This document shows, in pieces, positions 41,697 through 41,839 of a DNA stretch of 41,839 nucleotides. Within the stretch, counting starts at the first letter, position 1; each line of letters begins with the position of its first letter. Under the pieces are notes generated by a model. The model did no database searches. It was not told where the DNA came from and worked only from the letters and a program-made list of their open reading frames with translations. Source of the DNA: a virus. Both the position numbers and the translations under genes were made by a program. The stretch is taken from the IMG/VR virus record IMGVR_UViG_3300044994_000073. One strand, 5' to 3'.

Positions 41697-41839
41697 GGCT
41701 GGCTAGCTGGATGCTGGCTAGCTGGATGCTGGCTAGCTGGATGCTGGCTAGCTGGATGCTGGCTAGCTGGATGCTGGCTAGCTGGATGCTGGCTAGCTGG
41801 ATGCTGGCTAGCTGGATGCTGGCTAGCTGGATGCTGGCT
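41697..41839. repeat. Right terminal tandem array: one degenerate copy (GGCTGGCTAGCTGGA), 8 full copies and 8 nt of the 15-bp unit
   Basis: Read directly. Same register as the left array. Confidence 0.97.

Noticed and set aside
1-41839. Lysogeny module, tRNAs, reverse transcriptase/DGR, toxin-antitoxin or restriction-modification genes
   Set aside because: I looked for integrase/recombinase motifs, cloverleaf-like segments, an RT YxDD motif and a template repeat of the fiber 3' end, and saw none. The single HTH gene is better explained as a Cro-like timing regulator.

Overview
The window reads as one complete tailed dsDNA phage genome of about 41.7 kb with podovirus-type architecture. No bacterial flanks are visible. 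Both ends are a tandem array of the 15-bp unit TGCTGGCTAGCTGGA, and nt 1-127 are identical to nt 41712-41838. This fits a direct terminal repeat or a circular assembly overlap.

The plus strand (about 150-27580) carries, in order:
- a RuvC-like resolvase, small and large terminase, and a dNMP-kinase insert;
- portal, scaffold, major capsid and a cement-like protein;
- T7 gp11/gp12-like tail tubular proteins A and B;
- three internal-virion-type proteins followed by a 3256-aa giant ORF that takes 23% of the genome;
- a tail fiber and a holin/spanin-like lysis cassette with no recognisable endolysin.

The minus strand (27580-34400) carries a replication module: family A DNA polymerase, a DUF2815/Enc34-type SSB, a DUF2800/Cas4-like nuclease and an SNF2 helicase. 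A divergent HTH regulator plus a prim-pol/helicase follow on the plus strand (34500-36680). A leftward operon of nine small early genes (36759-41231) includes three tandem pentapeptide-repeat proteins. It is driven from a 460-bp repeat-dense non-coding control region (41232-41696).

I saw no RNA polymerase, integrase, tRNA, CRISPR array or reverse transcriptase.

Most interesting candidates:
- the giant injected 'polyvalent' protein, which has an embedded full-length CmoA-like SAM enzyme domain and a HExxH module;
- the pentapeptide-repeat trio in the early operon, possible DNA mimics or anti-defence proteins;
- the GTWAC-saturated control region together with the minisatellite termini.

All family assignments rest on motifs I recognise by eye. 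No database search was run.
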